Position numbers and translations under genes: made by a program. A stretch of 63,225 nt of DNA, counting the filler, from Corallochytrium limacisporum Hawaii (lineage: Eukaryota; Protista; Pluriformea), in the NCBI GenBank assembly GCA_002811645.1. It is 4 parts of 4 records of this genome, joined end to end, with 100 filler letters (N's around TTAATTAATTAA, not from the genome) between each part and the next. Parts side by side here need not be neighbours in the genome. Positions count along the whole stretch, not along the records: positions 1 to 29,241 come from PDIP01000122.1; 3 more parts are not named here. The stretch is one strand, 5' to 3'. Under the pieces are notes generated by a model. That model was given only the letters and a program-made list of their open reading frames with translations, made no database searches and was not told where the DNA came from. Positions 11,601 to 21,181 of this stretch are shown piece after piece (the stretch's first letter is position 1; each line of letters starts with the position of its first letter).

Positions 11601-11911
11601 AGTCAATCCGGTCGGTGCTCTCCGAGGATGTAAACACCTCCTTGGCCCGCGAAGCCCGGGATTCGTATGCCCCATGGTCCGCGAAGGACCTCATTGTCTG
11701 CCTGGAGACTTCACTATTCATCGGCATTGCCCACTGTCATTACTTTGCAATTGTGGAACCGGACCGTCGGGAAGAGGCCGTGAACGACCAAGAGCGCATC
11801 CTGGACGTCATCCTAGCAGCGGTTATGTCCGAGGACTCCCATATCCCCGGAGCACCACGTCTGTCCCTCTTTTCCCGGGCAATGCTTGCACAGATTCAGA
11901 GTTTGAGGTAG
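5693..11911 (+). CDS. Large alpha-solenoid protein, probable nucleoporin Nup188-like
   Basis: 2072-aa uninterrupted helical ORF; HFQERLSLLRCI resembles the Nup188 N-terminal YxEERxCxLRC motif; size fits. The ORF is clearly real but its identity is tentative. Confidence 0.5.
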   Translation: MASNPAGLRRVHFGPDVTHQLKDFVPSAGDALGGPQTAKQAVTAAATGTTVMSRSKTYLPAPTVPLPTRPADIQVDSFAGLHDVLLASLEPGTQVTTTALEKAVQEYEPALMEGLSFFKSLEAETDRGKELDRGADLLKKTLASLDERDRPVLSWDYFRRFTADLALSLDLSIPQALKLATQYAADAVRGPNATAEFEPISSTFRKHLMRCQDIHFQERLSLLRCINLALSVQQNQSPDTSAEEESANQNLLLQLQSRMLEQDLPGTVITMLESSCDGKLRPKTIDFESESPRAIEERYRHEYHEVYERFEILSAGFACFLPGAMWQKDANVALHARAFTVLLQNDYGCRGVRRSTEVPLRAIGQQIVFSLASVSALPDSLAYIRGVSNSDDDQKDTDTVIKVQEAMEAALNEAGGSTEPLVILVINLAGLCRSELRGGNNVGEILDMISLADELGALRDLVGMIDSLRENKTSTSWHYVQYRLLCRDVFQKQWATMVRYLDDTQFQSEAETYVRLFDIVYKECGQACDAFWESQATVNCYTIFVKRLRILLDDGDVLTVLLSTIATICQTALSVDAVVTWILQPSYFFPGSSFEELSLWQVMILVLRRSLTHASLPRIDRTVDPALDILGQIFGFLDWDRLGELIQEMAELRTEIDDPLLHSLGAVQRRLFNSQTNEDNVGTEDDYPGAPGKGTHISQLLASLLQRSLATNRGTRALRCLQALTDLLPMLYGQTMLSLGSTGLMPKVSGSYDNLVVVDDGGLGKVVALDIEQGSFSCTLQFLYLVNRMIRLWIMERQDKASQMYVDSGEGSSRGSKRARLVDDYNEGLIRRAVIGGVAHLILPSWTVWSFSTLSQRYQVASACVDILEQLSTTPQSIRRGSEIIAEFDYTVEYHASVHTFIQDLLANATALWSYFQGSMREVEADDAQSMIEKVCVILTTQLRRRSLDHHLLRILSQSFVRLKSSVGDPTNVVLADAAGGDAMDAYEDYIQVTAAVPTLLAHETTPSAITCTLNLMREICIVAAESMNSSLSLRSLIGFSDRHRSLLFKRLTDSAESLDVKRDIANFVSTVIDLQPEFGLFMIDSKRSTGAVTFGSKGGSALTLTPSKKEDSTTSEKDALHESMPMSVFMAYLSQMADMDNYTWDEYKYLLACLNILVSLWRFGTPYVHIITAVKENYPLWKLLSKYVEKARGLLEERPQETFELLSQVYSLVGLEIYYYIGEVDAEFSDLCVKLMDCAWVVDTADMGFYLEEHCAQQFADALAVFALNCLTSQNDKLQRRCCQHLGALATVADISKDVFGVIVTRSYASNAFDDTPGEFREHLIPSPTPNSALLEESCLAHHTYFLATILRDDEGFVRSCEKSEHLKSTSRQAFVEILRQPNYESRLPPEVISTAYTALIADLSHVMRRSTRSSSGGARWLAEEAMADSQMAGSIFARVVSSLLHHWLPAIFSVLADADNGKGANGVKKPSALGPAEDLSTHPEHRKLVHVFESSIHLLTKVISFSQLRSVGTHELPQAEFKALTLAATELFSNLMAMDRSQTSLALTVQNLMASLALTQNSCAELATGDAIPSMALSLHDAIKRNFIARQQQQLSQGQGGSTATVDGYASVVGASTLMGSTAPMTVQNRDLYIVPYTQISQANDYHLLWCKLLDILSLMLETLGELHDFVSTAVKVLDLFRWQVVYSLQHFSRSRTAVTLRHASEVRLISVFVLQLSRHYRAWRLKSASGSDENDADAIINLTRMAAHKYAYLVSRDYLLVQHTRAVTHFEKSMAAKEHTYAEPAISTAPGGKSGHAAATTHLELTEAGDLHTSRSVDRRSSIISLPRSDSVSGSATAASAAAQRKTTTRNRLVSAVESHLVQCVFNVVAMLGQLTPGLPQVVLDPPAYSFIVHMGAKQREAGVPLFKSLLTFQILSWTLLQRRRSLAGIVDITGDEGDGDCVRRGPSDSNDDDDRSGAKDIEDDRQSIRSVLSEDVNTSLAREARDSYAPWSAKDLIVCLETSLFIGIAHCHYFAIVEPDRREEAVNDQERILDVILAAVMSEDSHIPGAPRLSLFSRAMLAQIQSLR

Positions 11912-12661
11912 TCAAAGCTCTGCGACCCCAGTACGATTCAGACTGGATACCTCATCACCAATCAACAAGCAGTATCATGGAAAATAGAGTATCATCATAC
12001 CGTTACAAGATCAATGCAAACTACGTGTTCAGTACTCCCATCCTCCACACCACCAATAGCGCAGCAATCCGCATTGTTCACACCCTTAGTGTTGGGTTGT
12101 GGGGAATCGTTTCTTCGTATCTCATTCCTGCATGTTGGCACTGGCACCCTGTTTCATGGTGAACGTTCCAAATGGTCCAGGATGGACATGTCCGTTGGTG
12201 CTGCCCAACATATCCTCTCTCCAATCCCCTGGTACTACCCTCCTCCTCCCCAACCCCACTTTGGCAGAGCAATCGTGGCTGGAAGGGGACCATCGTCTTC
12301 GCGTACCACCAACAGTTGGGAGCTGACCGAGGTGGTGTGGGGCGGAAGCAGGCAGACTGTGCGCCAAGGCTTTCTGACCGCTCCCCCCACCCCCCGGGGG
12401 GGAGGGGGAGGGGTGGCAGGGGGTCTGAGACCCGCCACGCGGGTCTGAAGGGACGGTGCGTGGAAGGTGCTCGCGGACTCGGGGGTAGACAAAGTGCGTG
12501 TGCCTAGAGGCCATCCCATTTGTTCAATCCCAAAAATTCATGGTATTTACAATCGCTCAGCTTCCAAGTTTGATTAAACTGCTATGTTCACACCGTCAGC
12601 ATACTATTAAACCTAAAGAACGGGAAGGCTTTATTCTCAGTCACACACAGTTACGGACGAC

Positions 12662-13951
12662 ATGTCGACAAAGAAACGGAAAATGAACCGCCATGAAGAG
12701 GCGTTAGGAGAACAAATCGAGGCCACGAAATATGCACGAACAAAACGCACGGTAGACTCCGACGTCGGCAGCAAGCGGTCTGCAAGGACCCCAGATTCCT
12801 TTGTCGACGAGCGCATGACCCGGCGGATCCTCGAGGAGGCACGGAAGCAACAGGACGAAGAAGAGCGGCCCTTGACCCACTTTGAAGGATCGTTAAGCCG
12901 CGCCGCACGGGACCATTATGGATCAGACCACGAAGATGATTCAGAGATCGAGGAGGCCGGAGCCGATGCGGACTTTGATGCCGACGAATACTACGAGGAG
13001 TTCGTGGAAGACTATGACGCCGAAGAGGTCGAAGGCGATCTGCAACGGTTCATGCCTTCTGCACAGCAACCCCGCCGCACTCTTGGCGACATTATTGCTG
13101 CGCAGATTCGAGACAAAGAACAGCAGCTTGCGTCCGGCCGAACGGGTGGTGTGGAAGTGCCCCGAGACCTAGATCCTCGGGTTATTCAGACCTATCGGGA
13201 ACTCGGCAAGTTTCTATCCACCTACCGGAGTGGCAAGATCCCCAAAGCGTTTAAAGTGATTCCCCAGTTGAGCAACTGGGAGCAGATTTTGTTCATCACG
13301 GAGCCGGACAACTGGTCGGCTGCTGCCATGTATGCAGGCACACGTCTCTTTGTAAGCAACCTCAAGGACAAGATGTGCCAAAGGTTTCTGAATCTGGTAC
13401 TGCTACCCCGTATTCGGGATGATATTGACGAGTATAAGAAGCTCAATTACCACCTCTATCAGAGCCTGAAGAAGGCGCTCTTCAAACCGGGGGCCTTCTT
13501 CAAGGCCATTGTGTTGCCGCTGTGTGAATCTGGAGCAACACTGCGAGAAGCTGTGATCATTGGTTCCGTCATGGCCAAAGTAAGCATTCCCATGCTCCAC
13601 TCTGCGGCTGCTCTCCTCAAGATGGCGGAGATGGAATACACGGGTTGCACGTCGATCTTTCTGCGGACACTGATGGAGAAGAAATACGCGCTGCCGTACC
13701 GCGTCATCGATGCCCTTGTAGCTCATTTCGTGCGGTTCGGGCCGTACACGCAGAAGATGCCCGTACTCTGGCACTTGTCCCTGCTCACCTTCGTGCAGCG
13801 CTACAAGAACGATATTAGTCCGGAGCAGCGTGATGCCCTGGTTGAGTTAACCAAGGATCAGTCGCATGATAAGATCACCCCAGAGGTGCGGACGGAACTG
13901 CTTGCGGCCAAAGAGGCCTCAGACAAGGCTGTACGGATGAACACAAATTGA
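12662..13951 (+). CDS. BYSL: Bystin / Enp1 (40S ribosome biogenesis)
   Basis: YRSGKIPKAFKVIP, RIRDDIDEYKKLNYHLYQSLKKALFKPGAFFK, KKYALPYRVIDA, PVLWHLSLLTFVQRYK. Confidence 0.97.
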   Translation: MSTKKRKMNRHEEALGEQIEATKYARTKRTVDSDVGSKRSARTPDSFVDERMTRRILEEARKQQDEEERPLTHFEGSLSRAARDHYGSDHEDDSEIEEAGADADFDADEYYEEFVEDYDAEEVEGDLQRFMPSAQQPRRTLGDIIAAQIRDKEQQLASGRTGGVEVPRDLDPRVIQTYRELGKFLSTYRSGKIPKAFKVIPQLSNWEQILFITEPDNWSAAAMYAGTRLFVSNLKDKMCQRFLNLVLLPRIRDDIDEYKKLNYHLYQSLKKALFKPGAFFKAIVLPLCESGATLREAVIIGSVMAKVSIPMLHSAAALLKMAEMEYTGCTSIFLRTLMEKKYALPYRVIDALVAHFVRFGPYTQKMPVLWHLSLLTFVQRYKNDISPEQRDALVELTKDQSHDKITPEVRTELLAAKEASDKAVRMNTN

Positions 13952-14177
13952 AATTTCACCTTCATAGACCAGGTACGCATTATTGCAAAATATAGGCCCA
14001 AAAGTTCAAATTTCGGTGTATGGACATTTTGTATCATTATTTCCTTTCACGATTACCGTGAAGACGGCTCCGCGCTGGACCGGGTAAAACCGGGGTAATA
14101 TCGATTGATGGTGGTGATGTACCTACTGATTTAGTGATTCTTCTTTGTTTAATCAATTTGAACTCTCATCAAGATAT

Positions 14178-15296
14178 CTACTTCCCTGGAGGATACACAG
14201 AGTACACATACACCGCTCCGCAAACAGCCATCGTCCCCCAAATGAACATCATAGTGATGTGGAAGTCGAACAGGAATACTGATGCCATACAACTGAGAAT
14301 GATGGCAATAGACGTGGCAAAGCCTTTGAGAATGTTGTCAGCGTACTTAACCACGACAGCCACAATTAGTCCACCACAGGCCTGCGTTACAATTGTGGCC
14401 CAAGTCCACACTGTGTAACCGAAGAAAAATCCCTTCGTGGTGACGTCGTTGTAGTCAGCAAACATGACCCCGAAAAGACCAGTCAGCGCACCAAAGAATC
14501 CGAGCTGAATGTTCCGTACCCATACAGACGTGCGACTTCCCTTCAAGATCTTCTCGAAGTACACTCCTGCGAATCCGGAACTGAAGCAGGCTACAATCAC
14601 GGCCACCAAACCCGTAAATGGGTTCGTATCCGCGGACAGGTCGTCATTGATCTTGGCGTCCTGGCCACTCAGCTGGACCATGGCCACACCGAGGGCCAGG
14701 GCCACTAGACTGAGCCACTGATACTGACTTAGTGCTTTCCCGAGCATCACCACACTGAACAGGGCGGTAGTAAGCACCTTAAGCTGGTACGTGACTTGAT
14801 AGGTTGCTGCATCAAGGTTATTGACTGCCACAAACATGAGGTTGTTCTGTAGGGTGTACAATGCACTGGGCACTGACATCTTTGCAGTCTCAGAAGGCTT
14901 TTCAACAATCTCATGTTTCAGAGTACTCACAAAGCGGCTCCAGTCATGGTCCTCTTCTCTGTATACCAGATACAGACACGTGAGCATTTTGAGGGTCTCA
15001 ATCATGACTACAGCTGTACTGCTCATATATTTGCCCTCTGGTGAAGGATGAACAGTAGACCATTTCATGAAGAGTACGAGCAACGTATTTTGCACTGCCA
15101 GAGTCACCAAAGACAGATACTTGATTGGGACCAACACATTTCCAAGCTGAATGGTTGGTTCCTTTTGTTTCGCGGCAGTGGCGACCCGCACCCCATTGCT
15201 GCCATGTTCTTTGTCATCGATATCAAGCTGCTCATAATGCTGCTGTCCCCCCGCCGGATCGTTCCTTGTGGGCAGAGCTCCACCCTGACCTGACAT
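14178..15296 (-). CDS. SLC35A3: Golgi nucleotide-sugar (UDP-Gal/UDP-GlcNAc) transporter, SLC35A2/A3 family
   Basis: VPSALYTLQNNL, LDAATYQVTYQLKVLTTA, SGFAGVYFEKILK, VVKYADNILKGFATS; ATG at 15296. Confidence 0.9.
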   Translation of the reverse strand: MSGQGGALPTRNDPAGGQQHYEQLDIDDKEHGSNGVRVATAAKQKEPTIQLGNVLVPIKYLSLVTLAVQNTLLVLFMKWSTVHPSPEGKYMSSTAVVMIETLKMLTCLYLVYREEDHDWSRFVSTLKHEIVEKPSETAKMSVPSALYTLQNNLMFVAVNNLDAATYQVTYQLKVLTTALFSVVMLGKALSQYQWLSLVALALGVAMVQLSGQDAKINDDLSADTNPFTGLVAVIVACFSSGFAGVYFEKILKGSRTSVWVRNIQLGFFGALTGLFGVMFADYNDVTTKGFFFGYTVWTWATIVTQACGGLIVAVVVKYADNILKGFATSIAIILSCMASVFLFDFHITMMFIWGTMAVCGAVYVYSVYPPGK

Positions 15297-16596
15297 ATTT
15301 TTGGTGTGGGATTGTAGATCACCTGATTTATCTGAGTTACCCACTCTACCAAGAATTAAGAAGAAACTATTTGACAAGATCTAAGGTGGGTTCATAGGGC
15401 CTTGAAACATCATACAAGATCGAGATTTTGTGTTCAAGTAGCTCTTGTCATGAACGTATGACCAATGTGACGATAGCTGTGACTAAGAAGGCGCCAGTAA
15501 AACCGAATATCGAAAACGCAGAACAACCAAAGAAACAAAGAGAAGCACTCATCAAGCGTGAGGAGGGCACTACCACGGAAACGGAGCTTCTCCCTGGCCT
15601 CGGGAGCAGAACTCGTGAATTTGAGGTGATAGGAAAATGGCGCGGGCCATAGAAAAACAATGGCTCGGAAAGCACACTCGCACAACCACGGGGACGAACC
15701 TCAGAGCGGAGGGCAACACAGGTTGGGGGGAGGTGAGACAGGAGCAAACCACCACACCCGCACCTCCCCACTACCGGCCGTGCTGTTGGTAGGCTAAACC
15801 GGAAAACCCCACACCAACCCCCCCCCCAATGTCCCCTGGAGCCACCGAAGAGAAAGTGCCAGGGGCGGTGAAGCGCCAAGCAGGAGCGGAGGGAAGTTTG
15901 AAAAAAACAGCAAAGGGAAATCAAATGGTGAAAACCACGAGAGTCCAACAAATTAACAAAGAAAGAAACCTCCAGGGTGCGGGGACAGCCACGGGGACTG
16001 TCCTGGTTGTCTTCCAATCCTCGTCATCATCCCGCTGACAAACCGCGAGTGATTGTTTGTGTGTGCAGTTGTACCTGGGCAAAATATGGGAGACCTAGCC
16101 GCCCTCTCCCCAGTTCTTCTTTCTTTACTTGGGTCTGCCTCCCCCAAGCCCTCGGTGCCTAGCCTCCGTGTTTGCGCTTTCCCCAGGTTTAGAGCGCACA
16201 GTCGTCAGTTTTCATTGGCTTCGTCTCTGACCTTGCTCGGCTACCCCATAACACTCCCGGGGCAACAGGCCTCCTTAGGACAAAGTCGTTGTACACGTAT
16301 ACCTACCTCCCCCACCACACGCAAACACCCCGCCCTTCTGCTTGCAACTTTTCGCTGTGTCCCAAACCGTGGGCCGACAGTGTTTTTTAAAGCGCAAATT
16401 AAAAAAACAAACTGATCTTCGCCCATCCGGAGGGGAGGGGGGCCGGAGCTGTCGCAGACGATCAGTAGGGTTCAGGCACTCTAGTTCTTCCCATAAATCC
16501 CAGGTGGTCCGGGTTATTGCGGTGATGCTATAAATACCTGTAGGGACCCGTCAATTGAATTTCGGAAAATCTCGTGGTAGGTATGTCGTTTTCCAT

Positions 16597-16613
16597 TAAT
16601 TGGGAGTCTATTT
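16597..16613 (+). promoter_or_regulatory. Recurrent intergenic motif TAATTGGGAGTCTATTT
   Basis: 17-nt identity with 19773-19789; the 12-nt core also occurs at 25355 and 36131. Confidence 0.55.
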
Positions 16614-16846
16614 TTATGCAAAGCCCGGAGGGACGACGGACGGCACCAGAGGGGCAGCCAGCTTGACATTGGGAGTGCCGGAATTGCTCATTTGGAAAGG
16701 TACTTTGTGAGCAAGCGACCAGGCGAAGATTTCAATCATTTCGGAATTTATGGATGCAAACTGAACTATGAAGTCCGGCACTATGAAAAGAATGTCGGGA
16801 TAGACAGAATCGTAGGCGAAAGAAGGAACACCATATACTGGCCGTC

Positions 16847-17362
16847 ATGAGCTTGAAGGCACTAGACCCACCGGACTACTACGGAGTTGTTTTGCCTGGT
16901 GTGTACCGTGCGAGTCTTCCGGACAAAAAACACTTTCCCTATATTGAGATTCTGGGTCTGAAAAGTTTGATTGTGCTGTCACCTCAGAAGCTCACCAAGT
17001 CACTTTCCAATTTTTTGGATCAGCAGGGAATTAAGGTCTACCACCCCGGCGTCAAGACTTGGAAAATGCAAGGCAACTGGAAAGGACATACAGAAGAACT
17101 GATGAAAGAGTCTTTGGAACTACTACTGAACACAGATCTGTATCCAACTATGATATCCTGCGACAGTGGCATACATCAGACCGGAATGCTAGTTGGATGC
17201 CTTCGCCGTATGCAGGGGTGGATGTTGAGCAGCGTCCTCAGTGAGTACCGTCTATATGCCAGCCATCGTGGCCGGTACATCAATGAACAGTTCATTGAGC
17301 TCTTTGATGTGGACTTGGTACCCGTGCCTGAGCAGAGGCCGTCGTGGTTTTTGCCCGCCTAA
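16847..17362 (+). CDS. Siw14/OCA-family (Y_phosphatase2) protein, probably a pseudophosphatase
   Basis: PPDYYGVVLPGVYR, TGMLVGCLRRMQGW, EQFIELFD; P-loop reads CDSGIHQ rather than CX5R. Confidence 0.85.
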   Translation: MSLKALDPPDYYGVVLPGVYRASLPDKKHFPYIEILGLKSLIVLSPQKLTKSLSNFLDQQGIKVYHPGVKTWKMQGNWKGHTEELMKESLELLLNTDLYPTMISCDSGIHQTGMLVGCLRRMQGWMLSSVLSEYRLYASHRGRYINEQFIELFDVDLVPVPEQRPSWFLPA

Positions 17363-17490
17363 AGTGGGTTCTGCGGTCCATGATCTTTCGAAACCTCATC
17401 TTCATCGTCACATCTGCTTGTTAAAGAAACATCACATACATTACAAAAGTAACTAAGAGTTCTAATTTCGACACTATGGTACTACAGTAT

Positions 17491-19269
17491 TCACAACTTT
17501 GATGTCTTGTGCTTGGTCTTTTCCGTCTCCAGTAGCCAGGTGATCAGAGTCTCATTCAACTCCTGAGCTTTCTCCATCATGGTCCAATGGCCGCAGTCTA
17601 GTGTAACCTTGCGCAGTCGTGGCACGTAACGATCCATGCTCTTGGCCAGGTCCGGCGTGAGGATCCGATCTTTCCGACCGATTACCATCAAGGCGGGCAA
17701 TTGGATGTCCCGCTTGGACGTCCGGCAGTGGAATTTCCAATTCTCTTCAATGTTGCGGTACAAACTTAGCGGTCCACGCATTCCGCTCTTCGTGTATGCT
17801 TTGACGTACTCTTCGATATCCTCGCTTGAAGCTATCTTCGACGGTCCCACTTTCTCCGGGAACCCAACAAGAAAGCCGCCACGCTTGCGTACGTTTCCGG
17901 TACTCACGTGTGTGCTCATGGGCACTCGGTCATCCATATCTGCGGTTCGCAGAAAGACACCAAACGTTCTGTGCAAATCCTGCTCCAGTTCCCTTTCTGG
18001 CTGTACCGGACGGTTGAAGTAGAGCTGGTATTCCATTTTGCCAATGTCATTGTTAGGATCGTTCATGTACACCCAGGGATTGGTCTTCGGATCAACCGGT
18101 TGGTAAGGTGTATTGACGCCGACGACGCCGAACATTCGATGCGGGTAGTGTAAGGCCATGGACCAGACAATAGAACCGCCGTGGTCATGTCCAACAAAGT
18201 ACGCTTTGTTGATACCCAACTTGTCCAGCAGCCCGGATAAATCTTGGCACAGCACTTCGTGGGAGTAGCGCTTTGGATTACCTGGTCCCGTGCTGTCGCC
18301 AAAGCCCCGCAGATCAATGGCGATGGCGCGGAAGCCGGCCATGGCCAGTGCAGACAGCTGGCGCCGCCAGCTGTACCAAAACTCAGGAAATCCGTGCACC
18401 AGTACTACTGCCGGTCCCTGGCCAATCTCCACATAATGCATAACGCAGTCATCGTTAACTTGAGCATAGCCGTGAGACACGTCTTTGGGGTTTACAGAGC
18501 GAGGAGGGGAGATCAGGGCCATGTGCGGTGGAACAGGCCGATCAAAGTGCAGACAGATACCATCTCCCAGAGTCTTTTCGAGTTCGGCTAGCGCCTTACG
18601 CGTGTCCTTAGGGACTTCGATTGCCGTCATACCCATTTTTCGCGGCGTGCGAAGGTTGTAGTAAAGATCATCGAGAAAGATGGTCTCTTCTGCATCAGAA
18701 TTCAAGCGCTCAAGACAGAGCTCGTAGATCCGGGGATCTGGCTTGCGCATGCCAACCTTACAGCTCTCGATGACAACGTCTGCAATATCAGCGAGAAAAA
18801 AGCCAGGTCCGCTGACATTCGCTGACTCTTCCGAAGTGTCATCGATCCAATTGTTTGTGATGATGCCGACTTTATAGCCCTCCAGGCGCAGGAATCGGGC
18901 AGCCTGTACCATATGCGGAATGGCCGAAATGGTGGTGGTCATACGATTGAATAGTTTGGGAATATTGTAGTCCTTGACTGTAAAATCCTTGCGCCGGGCA
19001 TAGTCCTCACATTCCGACTGGAAGATCTTGGCAAAGTCGACCAAGCCAAACTCACCCCGCTCAAGTCTGGCAAACGCAGACTGCTCCTTCTTTTCTGCAA
19101 TGACTCGACCGAAGAATAGCGAGGGCATTCCGATCTCTTTCTCATAGTCCCGCATGATGTGCACAGGGCTGTCCAGCAGGACCCCGCCGACATCGAAGAT
19201 GACGGTTGTGTACTTTGGGTCGCGCATCCTGCGGTGTGTCATCAAGAAATGACTACTATTCTGTCTCAT
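17491..19269 (-). CDS. EPHX2: Two-domain soluble epoxide hydrolase (N-terminal HAD domain plus alpha/beta hydrolase) with PTS1
   Basis: VIFDVGGVL, ITNNW, GMRKPDPRIY, FLDD (HAD); HGFPEFWYSWR, GHDHGG, EYQLYF, LYRN, CGHWT (epoxide hydrolase); ends in SKL. The start could be the downstream ATG at 19242. Confidence 0.92.
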   Translation of the reverse strand: MRQNSSHFLMTHRRMRDPKYTTVIFDVGGVLLDSPVHIMRDYEKEIGMPSLFFGRVIAEKKEQSAFARLERGEFGLVDFAKIFQSECEDYARRKDFTVKDYNIPKLFNRMTTTISAIPHMVQAARFLRLEGYKVGIITNNWIDDTSEESANVSGPGFFLADIADVVIESCKVGMRKPDPRIYELCLERLNSDAEETIFLDDLYYNLRTPRKMGMTAIEVPKDTRKALAELEKTLGDGICLHFDRPVPPHMALISPPRSVNPKDVSHGYAQVNDDCVMHYVEIGQGPAVVLVHGFPEFWYSWRRQLSALAMAGFRAIAIDLRGFGDSTGPGNPKRYSHEVLCQDLSGLLDKLGINKAYFVGHDHGGSIVWSMALHYPHRMFGVVGVNTPYQPVDPKTNPWVYMNDPNNDIGKMEYQLYFNRPVQPERELEQDLHRTFGVFLRTADMDDRVPMSTHVSTGNVRKRGGFLVGFPEKVGPSKIASSEDIEEYVKAYTKSGMRGPLSLYRNIEENWKFHCRTSKRDIQLPALMVIGRKDRILTPDLAKSMDRYVPRLRKVTLDCGHWTMMEKAQELNETLITWLLETEKTKHKTSKL

Positions 19270-19772
19270 AGGCTTTCCACGCGATCCAGGCCAACAGAGT
19301 TACAACCTTTCCTCGGTGCCGCGGCTTAAGTAACCCCATGAAGACTTTGAAAGTAGTTTTCATCCACTGCCGGCAGAAGACGCGTTCTGCACACCGCATA
19401 CGCACAGCGTATACGCAGAACGCACCCCATCCCCCAGCATTGACTAAGAAAAACGGTAAGCGTTCCCCAATCGTTCCACCCTTTCCAATTTCTCCTGACC
19501 ATTGCGTGACGGTCCCGGATTCAGGCCCGCTCTGCGCACTCCCTGCGTGTTTGGTGGCCGCCAGTGCCTTGAGTATTCGTGCCACAATATTTGACCCGAG
19601 TGCGTGTGTCAGCGGGCGCGGTGGGGAAGGGAGCGAGCAGAGACAAAAATAGAAACCGCTCGCTAGCGCTCTCGCCCTGTCTCTCGTGAAGCTCTCACCT
19701 CAGCACACGTCCCTTCCCTGGCTCGGCTCCCATATCGGTCCGCCCATTTATTTTCGCCGATTATTGAATCAG

Positions 19773-19789
19773 TAATTGGGAGTCTATTT
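19773..19789 (+). promoter_or_regulatory. Recurrent intergenic motif TAATTGGGAGTCTATTT
   Basis: Between divergent EPHX2 and MIS12. Confidence 0.55.
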
Positions 19790-20169
19790 AATAGGGGACG
19801 AGGGAGGGGAGCCAGCTCGGCGCGAGTTTTGGCGGGAAAAGTTCGGTGGCCCCGGGACTAGGGACCCCGGCAGGGAGATGCAGAGTGTAGCTGCCGAGTG
19901 ATCCCACTCCACCAAGATCTTTAATTCTTTCCCCTGGTCCGTGGCCTTCTTGGCACTCAACACACCTGAGGAAATGAGAAGAGTCAGAAGTTCAGAAATT
20001 TGGAGTTTGAATTGGAATGTTTTATTGGGTGTGTTAAAGGTATCTGTGGGCCATGAATCGGCCAAGCAGGCGTATCCCGTCACCATATTTAAGAGAAGCT
20101 CAAAAGTGGCGACAGACGAATACGGGGAGAACACTTACGTCATTCTATACCCATCATCAGCATAAAACC

Positions 20170-20979
20170 ATGTCAGCCACTACAAACACATCCACTGCGG
20201 CCATCACACCTTATGATCGGTGCAATTATGAAACTCGGTACTTTAAGGTTCACCCAGCACATCTGACGGGAACCCTTTGCCAAGCATACCAGGATATTGC
20301 CTGGGAAGCAATCGCTTCACTTAAGGCTGCCCTCTGTAGCGAGTTGGAAGACCGTCAGGGATCTCGTTTCGACAGACATGGCGTGGAGAAAGCTGTCAAT
20401 GCGTTTTACAAGGATGTGCAGGACCATTGGAACTACCATCTCGACGTTTACGAATTCAATGTCATGAATCACTGCTTCCGAATTCCGGACTCTGTCGCGT
20501 TGCCTGACGATTCCGCTGCTGATGTGCCCGCAATCAGTCATGACGACGAGGCTGAGATGGATGCTTATGTTCGTCAATGTGAGGCCAAGGTCGCTGCTCA
20601 GCAGGATTTACTCCGGGTGCGCAAGGAAGAAATGAATGCTGTGGCAAAGGTGAACGAAATCATTGCATGGAATCTTCAGTTCTTGGACGTGATGAACCAA
20701 CAGAACGAAGAAGGCGGCGATGGTGATGAGGAAGCAAACAAGACCCAACTGACTGATATGACCAACAAGCTTACTGAACTACTGCGAGGATTTGAACGGG
20801 ATACTTGGACATTCTTTACCAAGAATGATCTGCCCACCAAGAAAAACAAAGATTCACAAGACGTCGCCGCGGGAGCACCAGACTCATCGGATGCCATGGA
20901 TGTGGACAAGCAGAAGAAGGATGCTGTACTCTTGTACAATCGCTTGGAGGACCTGAAAGCTCTGTACAAGATGAGTTAG
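20170..20979 (+). CDS. MIS12: Kinetochore protein Mis12
   Basis: YETRYFKVHP...AYQD and FRIPDSVALPDD resemble Mis12 (YEAQFFGFTP...LRIPSNILLPED); followed by coiled coil; ATG at 20170. Confidence 0.75.
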   Translation: MSATTNTSTAAITPYDRCNYETRYFKVHPAHLTGTLCQAYQDIAWEAIASLKAALCSELEDRQGSRFDRHGVEKAVNAFYKDVQDHWNYHLDVYEFNVMNHCFRIPDSVALPDDSAADVPAISHDDEAEMDAYVRQCEAKVAAQQDLLRVRKEEMNAVAKVNEIIAWNLQFLDVMNQQNEEGGDGDEEANKTQLTDMTNKLTELLRGFERDTWTFFTKNDLPTKKNKDSQDVAAGAPDSSDAMDVDKQKKDAVLLYNRLEDLKALYKMS

Positions 20980-21181
20980 GTTTCAAAACAAACAATCTAG
21001 AACTCACAAGACAGCAGAAGAATCTCCTGGTGAGATTGCATATCCTCCCACAACGGGGGACCGTAAATTCTGAATAAACGACCCAAGATCTTTTTATTCC
21101 TTTGTTTGAAACCAGACTATCGGTTGTCCCTAAAGAGAAGAGCAACTCTTCCTTACTTGTAGTTTCCTTCTAGTTGTCCAG

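Noticed and set aside
15400-16800. Short ORFs between SLC35A and the OCA-like gene
   Set aside because: No motifs, mostly non-ATG starts; consistent with a divergent promoter and UTR region.
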